In this document: in pieces, positions 42,863 through 52,152 of the stretch
Position numbering within the stretch: position 1 is the stretch's first letter
Layout of the letters: the number at the start of each line of letters is the position of its first letter
From: a virus
Lineage: Duplodnaviria; Caudoviricetes
Length of the DNA: 52,479 nt
Strand: one strand, 5' to 3'
Virus record (IMG/VR): IMGVR_UViG_3300027850_000083
Coordinates: 1-52,479 of that record
The notes under the pieces: model-generated
Databases searched by the model: none
The model's input: the letters and a program-made list of their open reading frames with translations, nothing else
Told to the model about the DNA's origin: nothing
Made by a program: the position numbers and the translations under genes

Positions 42863-45800
42863 TGGCTTCCGCTGAGGGTGAACTCGAACTCGATATCCAG
42901 CCAGCGCTCGATGCGCTGGACAAGCTCGATGAAGCTTTCAACGAGATCGTCTCGAACTTCGGCGACACCCTCGCGAAGACTCTCGACGATGTCTTCGATG
43001 AAGCTCTTCGATCACTCGACTCTGGGTTTGACTCGTCTGTCAACGCGTTCGCAACGTCGCTCTCGGAAACCTTCGATTCGATCAGCACTCAACCGATCGA
43101 GTTGACGATCAGCGATGGGGCGCTGCAAGAATCGCTCACCGAACAGATCAATGACGCGATCCAACCGTCACAGTTCGACCCGATCGAGTTGACAGTCAAC
43201 GAAGATTTGCTCGTAGCTAGCATCAGCGACGCTATCGAGTTTGCCGTCAACGATCCGGTCACACTGTTGATCGACGAAGACGCACTCAGCGAGAGTTTGG
43301 CCTCAGCGTTTGAATCAGCGATCAGCGAAGCGACTGGTGGCATAGATGCAGCGGCCGGAGCCGGAAGTCAGAGTCTCTTCGATCAGTTCGCTGGAGCTGG
43401 CGGGATTGCTTCTGGACTGCTCGACACCGGAGCAGCGGCAACGATTGCGACGAGGCAGATCAATGGGACAGCAATAGCAACCACAGGTCTTGCCACCGCA
43501 TCTGCTGGAGCAACGGGGGCGTTCGGTGCGCTGATCACGCGAGCGGTCCCTGGGCTTGCGGTATTCACTGGCGTCACGCTCGCTGTGAAGTCTCTCGCTG
43601 AACGCGCTGAACAAGCGCAGCTCTCCAACGAGCGGTTGAACAGTGTGCTCGGCAAGAGCGCTGCTGCGTTCGACAACATCACCATCGGCACCGTCACGAA
43701 GTCGTTGGCGGAGTTCAACAAGCAGACCGGTTCTAGTGGAACTCAACTGCGGTTGGCGATTGCGAACTTCGCTCAGCTTGGTGTGTCCGCAGGTAAATCG
43801 CAGGGGCAAGTGGCGAACCAGACCAAGGGACTCATCGCTCTGTCACAGACGTTGTCGGTCTCGAACCCGTCGCTCGGAACTGCTGATCGCATCTTCACGC
43901 AACTCCAGCGCGGGCTCGCGCGAGGTGGACCGATCTTGAACCGGTTCGGCATCTCGCTCACCCGTGCGCAGATTCAGCAGGAAGCGTTCAACCAGACTGG
44001 AAAGACGACCGTCAGGGAACTCACGCAGTATGAACTGGCGGTAGCTGGTTCAACGCTTGCTACAGGTCAGCTCGGGAAGGAGTTCGCGAACTTTGACGAG
44101 AACTCGAAGTCGACCACGGTCCGACTACGCGCTCTCCGTCAAGAAATCGCCGCGGGACTGACAGTGGCGGCAGCACCATTGCTTGAACCGTTCTCGAAGA
44201 TCGTCGAATCGCTGACACCAATCGGAGTTGCGATCTCGAAGATCTTCGTTGGTCTTCTCGCTGCTGTTGTGCCGATCGCTGCGGCGATCGCGGTAGCACT
44301 GGCTGGGATCATCAAGGCGTTTGAGCCGTTTCAGGATGACTTCTTCAAGGGCGTCACCGACGGGATCAAGGAGTTCTCTCGCGCTGTGGACGGAGCCATC
44401 AGCGGCATCACGGGGGCACTCACACCAGCGTTGAAGCAACTCGACACTGTCCTGGGGACGGGCTTCTTCGGTGCGATTCTCAAGGACTTCGGCAAGTTCG
44501 TTGGGTTCGCCGGTGGCGCTGCTGTGTCGGTCCTTCTTCTCAAGGGTGCGTTCGCACTTCTGATTCCGGTGGTCGGCAAACTCCCCGCACTGTTCGCGTT
44601 GATCTCGAAGAATCCTCTTGTGGTCGGCATCACCGCTGCGGCCATTGCAGTCTCATTCCTGACATCGAAGGTCGAGTTCCTCGACGACCTTCTCGGAGGA
44701 GACGCAAGCACGACGATCATCATCACTGCGGCAGCGTTCCTCGGGTTGACTCAAGTTCTTGGGTTCTTGGCACCAGCACTCGTTGCGGCTACTCAGGCCG
44801 TGCTCGGGTTCAGTGCGGCGACGCGCGTGGCGGCAGCGCTCGCTGGTCCGATCGGCATAGCGCTCGCTGCTGCCGGAGCGCTCGCTATCGGCTTCGGGTT
44901 GTTCGGTGGGAGTGCGAAGGAAGCGAGCACCGACACCGCTGAGTTGTCCGACCAGATCTTCAAGGTGGGGAAGACATCGGCGAACGCTCTCCCATCGGTC
45001 GAAGCGCTGACCGAGAACATCGCGAAGTTCATCACCAAGAGTGGAGAAGCCAAAGGGTTGCGCGACTACTCCGACGGGTTGAACCGAATTGGTGTCTCGC
45101 AAGCTGATGTGGTCAAGGCGATCATCAACGGATCGTCCGCTCTCCCGCTCTTCGACAAGCGGATCAGCGAGTCGAAAGCTAGGGAGGTCATTGGGAGTCT
45201 CAACGAGGTCTTGCGCGAATCGCTCGACGAAACGCTAACTCTTAGGGACGCCGCTAACCAACTAGGAATATCGTACGAGACTGTCAGAGCGGCGCAGGAC
45301 CGGCTATCTCCGGGCGCAGATGCCGGAGTGCAGTCGTACAAGAAAACACGCGAAGCAGTTCGTGGCGCTGCCGACGCGACGCTGGCACAAGGTGTTGCGC
45401 TTGATTTGATCACGCTGAAAGAAGCCAACAACATCAAGGGGACGAGAAATCGTCTCATCGCTGCGCAGAAGGTGAAGGTAGCGATCCAGGAGCAGGCTGC
45501 TGCAACCGAGATCGCATCTCAGGTCGAGGCGGTGCAGAACCAGCAACAGTCGATCACCACGTCGGCGCTCGGAAAGCATGCGGATGCGTGGCGATTCCTT
45601 GCGGCCAACATCGCAACGGGGGCCACGACTCTCGCTGATGCCGCGACAGTGTCGGCACAGTTCGGTATCGGCGTGCAGGACGTGTCGAAGTTCATCGACC
45701 AGGTGAATCAGAGCCTTGACGCGTTTGTGCAAGCGGCGCTCTCGAAACTCCCAACTGTGTCTGACGCTCTGAACGCGTTGGGAAACCCGGCCGGTCTGCA

Positions 45801-47274
45801 AGAGGCTGTTACCTCTGCTCAAGAGGATCTCGCGAAGCTGAGTAGTAACGCTGATTCGACGGCCGAAGAGATCGGAGCGGCAAACCAGAAGGTCATCGAC
45901 GCCCAAGAAGCGCTGAAACGCAGCATCGATCCACAGGCGTTCGTCGATCAACTGCTCAAGCAGCAAGCAGAGGTCGGAAAGTTCCTCGACAACATCGCGG
46001 AACTCTCTGCACGCGGGAACAGGAAGTTGGCGCAGTTTCTCGCAGAACAAGGACCATCTGCGGCTGGGCAAGCGCAGGCGTTCATTGACGCTGGGAAAGA
46101 CGCTGCGGTAGTGAAGGCTGCTGAAGATTCTCTCGGTCCCGCAGGGGATGCGCTCACCGCACGGGCGAAAGAGATCTACAAGCAGGTCGGTGTTGTCTCC
46201 GTCGATGGTGCAACTCAAGCGTCGGGGATGTACGGAATCCAATTCGTCAACGGCATCGCGACAGCGACAGCGACTGGTGTCGGTGCAATCGCTCCCGCTA
46301 TCGACAATGGACTTGGTGCAGCGCTCGTTGCGGCTGCGGAAGCTGGGATCAAGATTCGCAAGGCAACAGCAGGTGACGTTTCGTTGCTCCCCGCTGACCT
46401 CGCGCAGATCCTCATCGACTCTGGCGTCGCTGTGAAGCTCAGCTCGGCCACGGTCATCGACGCTGCTGGGAACGCCAGCGAGCGGACCCAGGTCAAGTTC
46501 AAGGAGAACTTCAATCCAGCGACCGCCGTGGCAGATGGCATGGGGAAGATCCCTTCCGCAATCACTGAGCAGCAAGCTCCGGCAGAGGCCGCGGCAGCAA
46601 CAGTGGGAACAGCAGTCGGCAAGAAGCTCACCGTCACGGTCGCAAGCGGAATCCACGACAACCGAAGCGTGATTCGCGAAGCTGCTGAGCATGATCTCTC
46701 GGTAGCACTCCGCAACTCCACGGGGGTAGCGACACTGCAAGGGGTCGCTCTTGGATTCGCCATCGACTCTGGGATCGCGGCAGGAATCCTGATCAACGCC
46801 GGAGTCGTCAACGCTGCGGGGAAGGCGTTGATCGCCGGGCTCGACAAGAATGTCCGCAAGCTCTTGGGCATCGCATCACCGTCGAGGGTGATGGCCGACC
46901 GGGTGGGCTCGCCCATCGCGCAGGGCATCGCTCTCGGGATCCGCGAAGCGACCCCTGACGTGATCTCGGCCATCAACGACCTGAACAGCGCTGCGCTGAA
47001 CGCAACGCTGGCTGGGAGCGTGGGACAGGTCTCTTTGGACACGCCTCAGGTGAGCCTCGCGGGCGCTGTAGCGGGCAACGCCGTGGGAACGGCAGCGGGT
47101 GTCATAGGATCCGGCCCTGGATTAGCTCCGGCGACGGGCGGGGTCGGGCTGGCTGGAGTGACCGGTGGCGTCAACATCGAGAACCTCAACGTGACGGGCG
47201 TGAAGAACGAGGTCCAGGCAGGCTTCGAAGCCGCACGCCAGCTCCGGGCCGAATCGTTCCGGAGTGGGCGCTGA
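42862..47274 (+). CDS. tape measure protein (1470 aa)
   Basis: long Ala/Gly-rich helical protein with central hydrophobic segments and LGIASPSRVM motif. Confidence 0.92.
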   Translation: MASAEGELELDIQPALDALDKLDEAFNEIVSNFGDTLAKTLDDVFDEALRSLDSGFDSSVNAFATSLSETFDSISTQPIELTISDGALQESLTEQINDAIQPSQFDPIELTVNEDLLVASISDAIEFAVNDPVTLLIDEDALSESLASAFESAISEATGGIDAAAGAGSQSLFDQFAGAGGIASGLLDTGAAATIATRQINGTAIATTGLATASAGATGAFGALITRAVPGLAVFTGVTLAVKSLAERAEQAQLSNERLNSVLGKSAAAFDNITIGTVTKSLAEFNKQTGSSGTQLRLAIANFAQLGVSAGKSQGQVANQTKGLIALSQTLSVSNPSLGTADRIFTQLQRGLARGGPILNRFGISLTRAQIQQEAFNQTGKTTVRELTQYELAVAGSTLATGQLGKEFANFDENSKSTTVRLRALRQEIAAGLTVAAAPLLEPFSKIVESLTPIGVAISKIFVGLLAAVVPIAAAIAVALAGIIKAFEPFQDDFFKGVTDGIKEFSRAVDGAISGITGALTPALKQLDTVLGTGFFGAILKDFGKFVGFAGGAAVSVLLLKGAFALLIPVVGKLPALFALISKNPLVVGITAAAIAVSFLTSKVEFLDDLLGGDASTTIIITAAAFLGLTQVLGFLAPALVAATQAVLGFSAATRVAAALAGPIGIALAAAGALAIGFGLFGGSAKEASTDTAELSDQIFKVGKTSANALPSVEALTENIAKFITKSGEAKGLRDYSDGLNRIGVSQADVVKAIINGSSALPLFDKRISESKAREVIGSLNEVLRESLDETLTLRDAANQLGISYETVRAAQDRLSPGADAGVQSYKKTREAVRGAADATLAQGVALDLITLKEANNIKGTRNRLIAAQKVKVAIQEQAAATEIASQVEAVQNQQQSITTSALGKHADAWRFLAANIATGATTLADAATVSAQFGIGVQDVSKFIDQVNQSLDAFVQAALSKLPTVSDALNALGNPAGLQEAVTSAQEDLAKLSSNADSTAEEIGAANQKVIDAQEALKRSIDPQAFVDQLLKQQAEVGKFLDNIAELSARGNRKLAQFLAEQGPSAAGQAQAFIDAGKDAAVVKAAEDSLGPAGDALTARAKEIYKQVGVVSVDGATQASGMYGIQFVNGIATATATGVGAIAPAIDNGLGAALVAAAEAGIKIRKATAGDVSLLPADLAQILIDSGVAVKLSSATVIDAAGNASERTQVKFKENFNPATAVADGMGKIPSAITEQQAPAEAAAATVGTAVGKKLTVTVASGIHDNRSVIREAAEHDLSVALRNSTGVATLQGVALGFAIDSGIAAGILINAGVVNAAGKALIAGLDKNVRKLLGIASPSRVMADRVGSPIAQGIALGIREATPDVISAINDLNSAALNATLAGSVGQVSLDTPQVSLAGAVAGNAVGTAAGVIGSGPGLAPATGGVGLAGVTGGVNIENLNVTGVKNEVQAGFEAARQLRAESFRSGR

Positions 47275-47741
47275 TGGCCGGGCTCAACTGCACTGGTTGC
47301 GGTGGCGAGTTGGTGATCGAGGGCTTCGAAATGAACACGGCTGCGTGGTGCCTGGTCGATCTGGTCCCGCTCTGGTTCAACACCGAGACCCGTGGCAGCA
47401 ACGTGCTCATCCCCGGAGCCAGCGGCCAGCGGGCTTACCCGATCCGTGTTGATGAGACTCGTCACTCGCTTCCGATGATCATCACCGGCGAGGTCAATGA
47501 GTTCTGCGTTCTCTACAATGACCCGATGATCGGACTGGAAACCAATCTCGCTCTGATCGTCGCTGCTGTGGTGAACCCACCGGCAGCTCCTACCGCAACG
47601 CAGACGGCGACACTCACGCTTCCTTCGGGAGCAACGCGTACTGCGGAGATTCAAGTCAACGGACTCACACCGGGCGAGCATGTCGGTCCGTTGCTCAAAG
47701 CGACGTTCGACATCACCATCCCTCTGGGGAAGTTCTCGTGA
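47274..47741 (+). CDS. distal tail (Dit-like) protein
   Basis: immediately after TMP; RGSNVLIPGASG. Confidence 0.6.
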   Translation: MAGLNCTGCGGELVIEGFEMNTAAWCLVDLVPLWFNTETRGSNVLIPGASGQRAYPIRVDETRHSLPMIITGEVNEFCVLYNDPMIGLETNLALIVAAVVNPPAAPTATQTATLTLPSGATRTAEIQVNGLTPGEHVGPLLKATFDITIPLGKFS

Positions 47742-48142
47742 GCAGCGCCGTCTACCCGAAGGCCCTCGCCGCAGCGTTGCAGGGCAACCTCAACCTGACG
47801 GGCACGGTGAAGATCCGCGCTCTCGACAACACCCAGCTCTACGACGCGACAGATGAGTTCCTCGCCGACCTCGACTCGGGTGCGTTCCTCGGCTCGACGG
47901 GCACCCTCGCATCGAAGACGTACACGGGCGGGGTGTTCACCGCCGCAACGGTCGCTATCGCAGGCGTGAGCAGTCCAGATGTTGTGACGGCCTACGTCAT
48001 CTACATCGACACCGGCAGCGCAGCCACGTCGCGCTTGGTTGTGTATCTCGATACCGCTGCTGACACGACACTCATCAGCGTTACGGGCAACGGGGCCGAC
48101 ATCTCGGTGAGCTGGCCGCTCGGCGCAATCGCGAGCATCTGA
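47738..48142 (+). CDS. minor tail protein
   Basis: coupled gene; YIDTG..ATSRLVVYLD..NGADISVSW. Confidence 0.6.
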   Translation: MSSAVYPKALAAALQGNLNLTGTVKIRALDNTQLYDATDEFLADLDSGAFLGSTGTLASKTYTGGVFTAATVAIAGVSSPDVVTAYVIYIDTGSAATSRLVVYLDTAADTTLISVTGNGADISVSWPLGAIASI

Positions 48143-48145
48143 GTC

Positions 48146-50665
48146 GTGAGCTACGACTCCGAAGTCGCGGCTGACACCCCGCGCGTCTGGTGGAAGCTCG
48201 ACGAAACGACGGGCACGGCCGTCGCCGACTCGTCGGGCAACGTGAAGCCGGGCACGAACAACGGCACACCGTCGTGGGGCCAGCCGCCTCTTGTCACCGG
48301 TGGACTCACGGCCGTCAAGCCCGGCACCTCCGATGTCGCGGTCATCTCGAACGACAACGGCGCCTACTACGCGACGGCCACCTTCGCGGTCGAAGCATGG
48401 TTCGAGATCGAACCTGGGACGAACTTCTTTGGAGGGCGGTTCGGCATCGCGGCCGTCCAGGCCAACGCAGGGGGGCTCAACCGGTGGGCGCTTGTTGCCC
48501 GCCCGGCGGCAACCGAGATCGACGTGGTGCTCGATACGACCCTCGACGTACTCACGTTCACGCAGACGTTCGTCGAGGGCGAGACGTACCACGTCGTTGC
48601 TGAGTACGACGGCACCGACGTCAAGGTCTACGTCAACGGCACGTCGCTCGGAGCGCACGCTTTCACCTACGGAGCGGCCGTGAACCCACGGTTCCGTGTC
48701 GCCGAGTACGTCGCGGGTAGCTGGTCGAACGACCCCGGCGTGATCTTCCAGCACTTCGCCCTCTACAACGCTGTGCTCGGCGCGACGCGCGTCACGGCGC
48801 ACTACGACGCTGGGTTGATCGGTCCCAGCTCCCCGGTGCAGCCGGTACTCCGACAGGCGATCCCCTACGGTCCGCGTTCGACATTCGATGGTGAAGTCGT
48901 CTCGGACATCGTGGCAAAGCTGACAACGATCAGCACTGCAATGAGTGGAGCGCCGATCGTTGCAACGCTCAACGACACTCTCTCCCGACAGTGGGTCGAT
49001 CCGCTCAATGAGACGGGCAGTGGACAGTTCACGATCCAGAACGACGACCCCGATCTCGCTCTGATCATCGGTGACGGCAACGATCTCGTCCGATTCTATT
49101 ACAAGGGCTACGCAGCGTTCACGATGATCTGCGAAGCCTACGAGGCGACGATCATCGCCCAAGGTGAAGAAGCTGACGAAGCGACGGTGTGGTCGGGGCG
49201 CGGACATCTCGCGTTACTCGAACGGGCGCTCGTCTACCCAGCGCGCGGGGTCACCAACGAAGACACCTGGTACCTCGCCGACTTCGACGACACGTTCTGG
49301 CCCGTCGCGACCGTCGTCCTAGCGAACGCTGGCGGCACAGTTCCTAGCTTTCCCTCCGCGACTGCTGACTGGATCTGGGGAATACCGGGCGACACGACGT
49401 ATGCTCCGCCGGGCGAGTGTTGGTTTCGAGTGTCGTTCAACCTCGCGGCGCCCGAAGCGATCGACTTCTACTTCTCGACCGACGACTTCGGCACGGCGTA
49501 CCTCGATGGCGTGGAACTGATTGATCTTCCGCAGCCTCCGACCGGGTTCGCATTCTTCACCGGGATCAACAACGTCTCGCTCGCAGCAGGCGACCATGTG
49601 CTCGCCGTGAAGGTCGTCAACCGGTTCGACGGGCGCCCACCTCCCGGCAATCCCGGTGGACTCATCGCTGCTGTGCGCAACTCTGCGAACGCGTTCATCG
49701 TGGAGTCCGACGCGACGTGGAAGGTTCGTGCCTATCCGGCGCACGTCGCGGTGTACCCGATCGAGGAGGACCGCACGTTCACGTGGTCGTCGCTCGGGTT
49801 CGATGACTCCGGGTGGGGGCCAGCCGTTGAGATCACCACGGTCGGTGTGGCGAAGATCTCGTGGCCGATTCCGTGGTCAACAGAGTTCCCTGATGACACC
49901 GCCCGAGTGCTGTGGGGGAACGGTTCGTCGATCATTGACGCTCCGCAAGGCAACTGCTACTTCCGCAAGACGTTCACGGTTGCATCACCGGGGAAGTACC
50001 TGATCTACGCCTGCGCTGACAACGGAGCGAGCATCTACATCGATGGCGGTTTGTTGCTGAACATCGCTGGCGGTGGCACATACAACGACCTCGGTGCGTT
50101 CACGAAGGTCCACACTGAGAGCGTGTTGCTCGATGCTGGAGAGCACCTGATCGCAGTGTCTGGGTTCAACTACTTTGACGTCGGCGGTCCTGGGCTCAAC
50201 CCCGGAGGTATTGCAATCGCTGTGTATTCGACCGACATCGACGGTTCGACAGCGCTCGCTCTCATGCTGCACACCGACGCTTCATGGCTCATGGTCGACT
50301 ACCCGGTGATTCCACCGGGCATGACGCCCGGCCAGGTCATGCGCATCGTGATCGAAGAGTTCCAAGCGCGCGGTGTGCTACCTGGTCTCGTGCTCCACTG
50401 CACTGACGGGGCGGACTCTGCGGGCAACCCGTGGACCGTCGTCGCCGACATAGCGACGAAGGTCGGCACCGACGTGCTGACATTCTTCCGAGAGATGAGC
50501 GGGACCTACGTCGACTTCTGGATGGCGCCGGGCGGACTCGACCTCTACGCGTGGATCAAAGACAAGCGGGGCCGCGCGTCGGGTGTCGTACTCACCGGTG
50601 CGACCAACCCGACCGACCCTGATTCGGGGAACCTGACTGCGTTGATCTTCAAGGGGTCGACGTGA
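48146..50665 (+). CDS. minor tail/hub protein with LamG-like and two carbohydrate-binding-like domains
   Basis: WKLDETTGT..DSSGN and YHVVAEYDG..VYVNG (LamG); LNETGSGQFTI (hub-like); two FDD..W..C.FR.F..D..Y.DG..L.AG.H..NPGG repeats. Confidence 0.78.
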   Translation: MSYDSEVAADTPRVWWKLDETTGTAVADSSGNVKPGTNNGTPSWGQPPLVTGGLTAVKPGTSDVAVISNDNGAYYATATFAVEAWFEIEPGTNFFGGRFGIAAVQANAGGLNRWALVARPAATEIDVVLDTTLDVLTFTQTFVEGETYHVVAEYDGTDVKVYVNGTSLGAHAFTYGAAVNPRFRVAEYVAGSWSNDPGVIFQHFALYNAVLGATRVTAHYDAGLIGPSSPVQPVLRQAIPYGPRSTFDGEVVSDIVAKLTTISTAMSGAPIVATLNDTLSRQWVDPLNETGSGQFTIQNDDPDLALIIGDGNDLVRFYYKGYAAFTMICEAYEATIIAQGEEADEATVWSGRGHLALLERALVYPARGVTNEDTWYLADFDDTFWPVATVVLANAGGTVPSFPSATADWIWGIPGDTTYAPPGECWFRVSFNLAAPEAIDFYFSTDDFGTAYLDGVELIDLPQPPTGFAFFTGINNVSLAAGDHVLAVKVVNRFDGRPPPGNPGGLIAAVRNSANAFIVESDATWKVRAYPAHVAVYPIEEDRTFTWSSLGFDDSGWGPAVEITTVGVAKISWPIPWSTEFPDDTARVLWGNGSSIIDAPQGNCYFRKTFTVASPGKYLIYACADNGASIYIDGGLLLNIAGGGTYNDLGAFTKVHTESVLLDAGEHLIAVSGFNYFDVGGPGLNPGGIAIAVYSTDIDGSTALALMLHTDASWLMVDYPVIPPGMTPGQVMRIVIEEFQARGVLPGLVLHCTDGADSAGNPWTVVADIATKVGTDVLTFFREMSGTYVDFWMAPGGLDLYAWIKDKRGRASGVVLTGATNPTDPDSGNLTALIFKGST

Positions 50666-51186
50666 TTGTCAACGTGATGTTGGTGCGATGGGTCGGCGGC
50701 TGGTCCGAAGTGTCGCGCGGTCCTTCGATCACCGACTTCGGGCGCGTCGAGGGGTTGCTCGGGCTCGGCGCTGTCGGCTCCCAGCCCGAGATGTACCGCG
50801 TCGCTGCCGGTCAGCTCGACGTGTACCAGAACCCACGCGAGGAAATCGACACGGGCCTCGAACCCGTCGACGACACCGACTCGCCGTACCTAGCGTTCCT
50901 CGTCGGCGACACCGTCACGTTGCCGGGTCGCGAGTTCGGCACGTTGACGGAACGGTGTGTGGAAATTGCGGTGAACGAGGACAACTCAACTGGGCGAGCG
51001 ACACTCAACCCAACGTTCAAAGACGTAGTGCTGAACGCTCAGGAACGGTTCTCGCAGTCGATCAAGAAGATGACGAACGGCACGCTCGGCGGAACAAGCA
51101 AGGTCGCGACACCCATCGACCAGATTGGTGGTGGTGATCGCGTCGTGTGCTGTCCACCGCCCGTTGCTCCACCACCATGCAGTTGA
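50662..51186 (+). CDS. minor tail protein (hub C-terminal-like)
   Basis: GTGA coupling; FGRVEGLL, PYLAFLVGDTVT. Confidence 0.6.
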   Translation: MIVNVMLVRWVGGWSEVSRGPSITDFGRVEGLLGLGAVGSQPEMYRVAAGQLDVYQNPREEIDTGLEPVDDTDSPYLAFLVGDTVTLPGREFGTLTERCVEIAVNEDNSTGRATLNPTFKDVVLNAQERFSQSIKKMTNGTLGGTSKVATPIDQIGGGDRVVCCPPPVAPPPCS

Positions 51187-51746
51187 CCATTCATCGGTAC
51201 TGGTGCGGACCTGACCGAGCCCCCCTCCCGTGGCTTGCTCAGTATCTCCGTCACGTGCATGGTCTCGGCGAAGTTGAGGTCGTGGATTGGACCGACCACA
51301 AATTGCCAGGTGAGTTGCTGCGGTTGTGTGACACTGCTGATCGGCTCGTTGTGTCCAGTGATCGCTGGCGCCACCGAGCGAACATCGTGCGGTGGTGGCT
51401 GCTTCGCGAGCACGGTGGTATCTGGCTCGACCATGATGTTGTGCCGTTGAGTCGTGTAGATCAGCTCGCTGAACGATGGACAGCGGCAGCGCGCAACTAT
51501 CGCGTGACTTGCGCTCTCGGATTTCCGAAGGGCGATCCGCTTCCGATCAGGATGCTTGCTCGTCTCGATGTGTTCCTCGAAGCGATGAATCCACCGATGC
51601 ACTCAGCGACTGTTGTAGGAAGCCGCGCTCTCGACGATCTCGTAGATCCCGGCGTCGAAGCGATCAATCTGCTCGTTGATGGTCACGGCGACCTTGTCAA
51701 TGCCCGTTCACCACTGCTTCATCTGTGGGCGCACCACGGGCTCTAG
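51177..51746 (+). CDS. DXD glycosyltransferase (GT32/capsular polysaccharide synthesis-like)
   Basis: IHRYW.G, WTD, ANIVRWWLLREHGGIWLDHD, HLW. Confidence 0.8.
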   Translation: MQLTIHRYWCGPDRAPLPWLAQYLRHVHGLGEVEVVDWTDHKLPGELLRLCDTADRLVVSSDRWRHRANIVRWWLLREHGGIWLDHDVVPLSRVDQLAERWTAAARNYRVTCALGFPKGDPLPIRMLARLDVFLEAMNPPMHSATVVGSRALDDLVDPGVEAINLLVDGHGDLVNARSPLLHLWAHHGL

Positions 51747-51792
51747 AAACAGCCCGACGAGACGCAGTTCGCAGTGAACTGTGAGGGAGAAT
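51745..51792 (+). promoter_or_regulatory. 19-bp motif + 23 nt + GAGAAT
   Basis: AGAAACAGCCCGACGAGAC 51745-51763; ATG 6 nt after the hexamer. Confidence 0.55.
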
Positions 51793-51825
51793 CGAAAGAT
51801 GCTCGTCGCGATTGGTGGCTGGTGA

Positions 51826-52152
51826 ATGCTCGCCGCCTCAGACATCCCCCCGTTCATCTACGGGGGCGCGGGCCTCGCTGCGCTCATCGCGATCGGTGGG
51901 CTCATGCTCCGGCTGTTCTCCTACCAGGGCACGACGTTGCGGGAACTCATCAAGGATTCCACGCACCGCATCAGCGAACTGGAGAAGTCGAACGACTCGC
52001 TGACGAAGCAGCAACGGTGGTGCGACTGGCGGTTCACGGAACTGGCGATCGCGTTCCGCGAGGACGGCAAGCACATCCCCGCCGAGTTCTTGCAGAACGA
52101 ACCGCCGCCGATGCCGTGGCCGACGATCGGAGACATCCGTGACCGCACTTGA
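51826..52152 (+). CDS. membrane protein with coiled coil (possible lysis accessory/holin-like)
   Basis: one N-terminal TM helix then a coiled coil; located after the tail genes. Confidence 0.6.
   Translation: MLAASDIPPFIYGGAGLAALIAIGGLMLRLFSYQGTTLRELIKDSTHRISELEKSNDSLTKQQRWCDWRFTELAIAFREDGKHIPAEFLQNEPPPMPWPTIGDIRDRT

Noticed and set aside
13522-49207. Long - strand ORFs (e.g. 13522..14685, 28792..30048, 45304..46740, 47651..49207)
   Set aside because: Antisense shadows of well-supported + strand genes, expected in high-GC DNA
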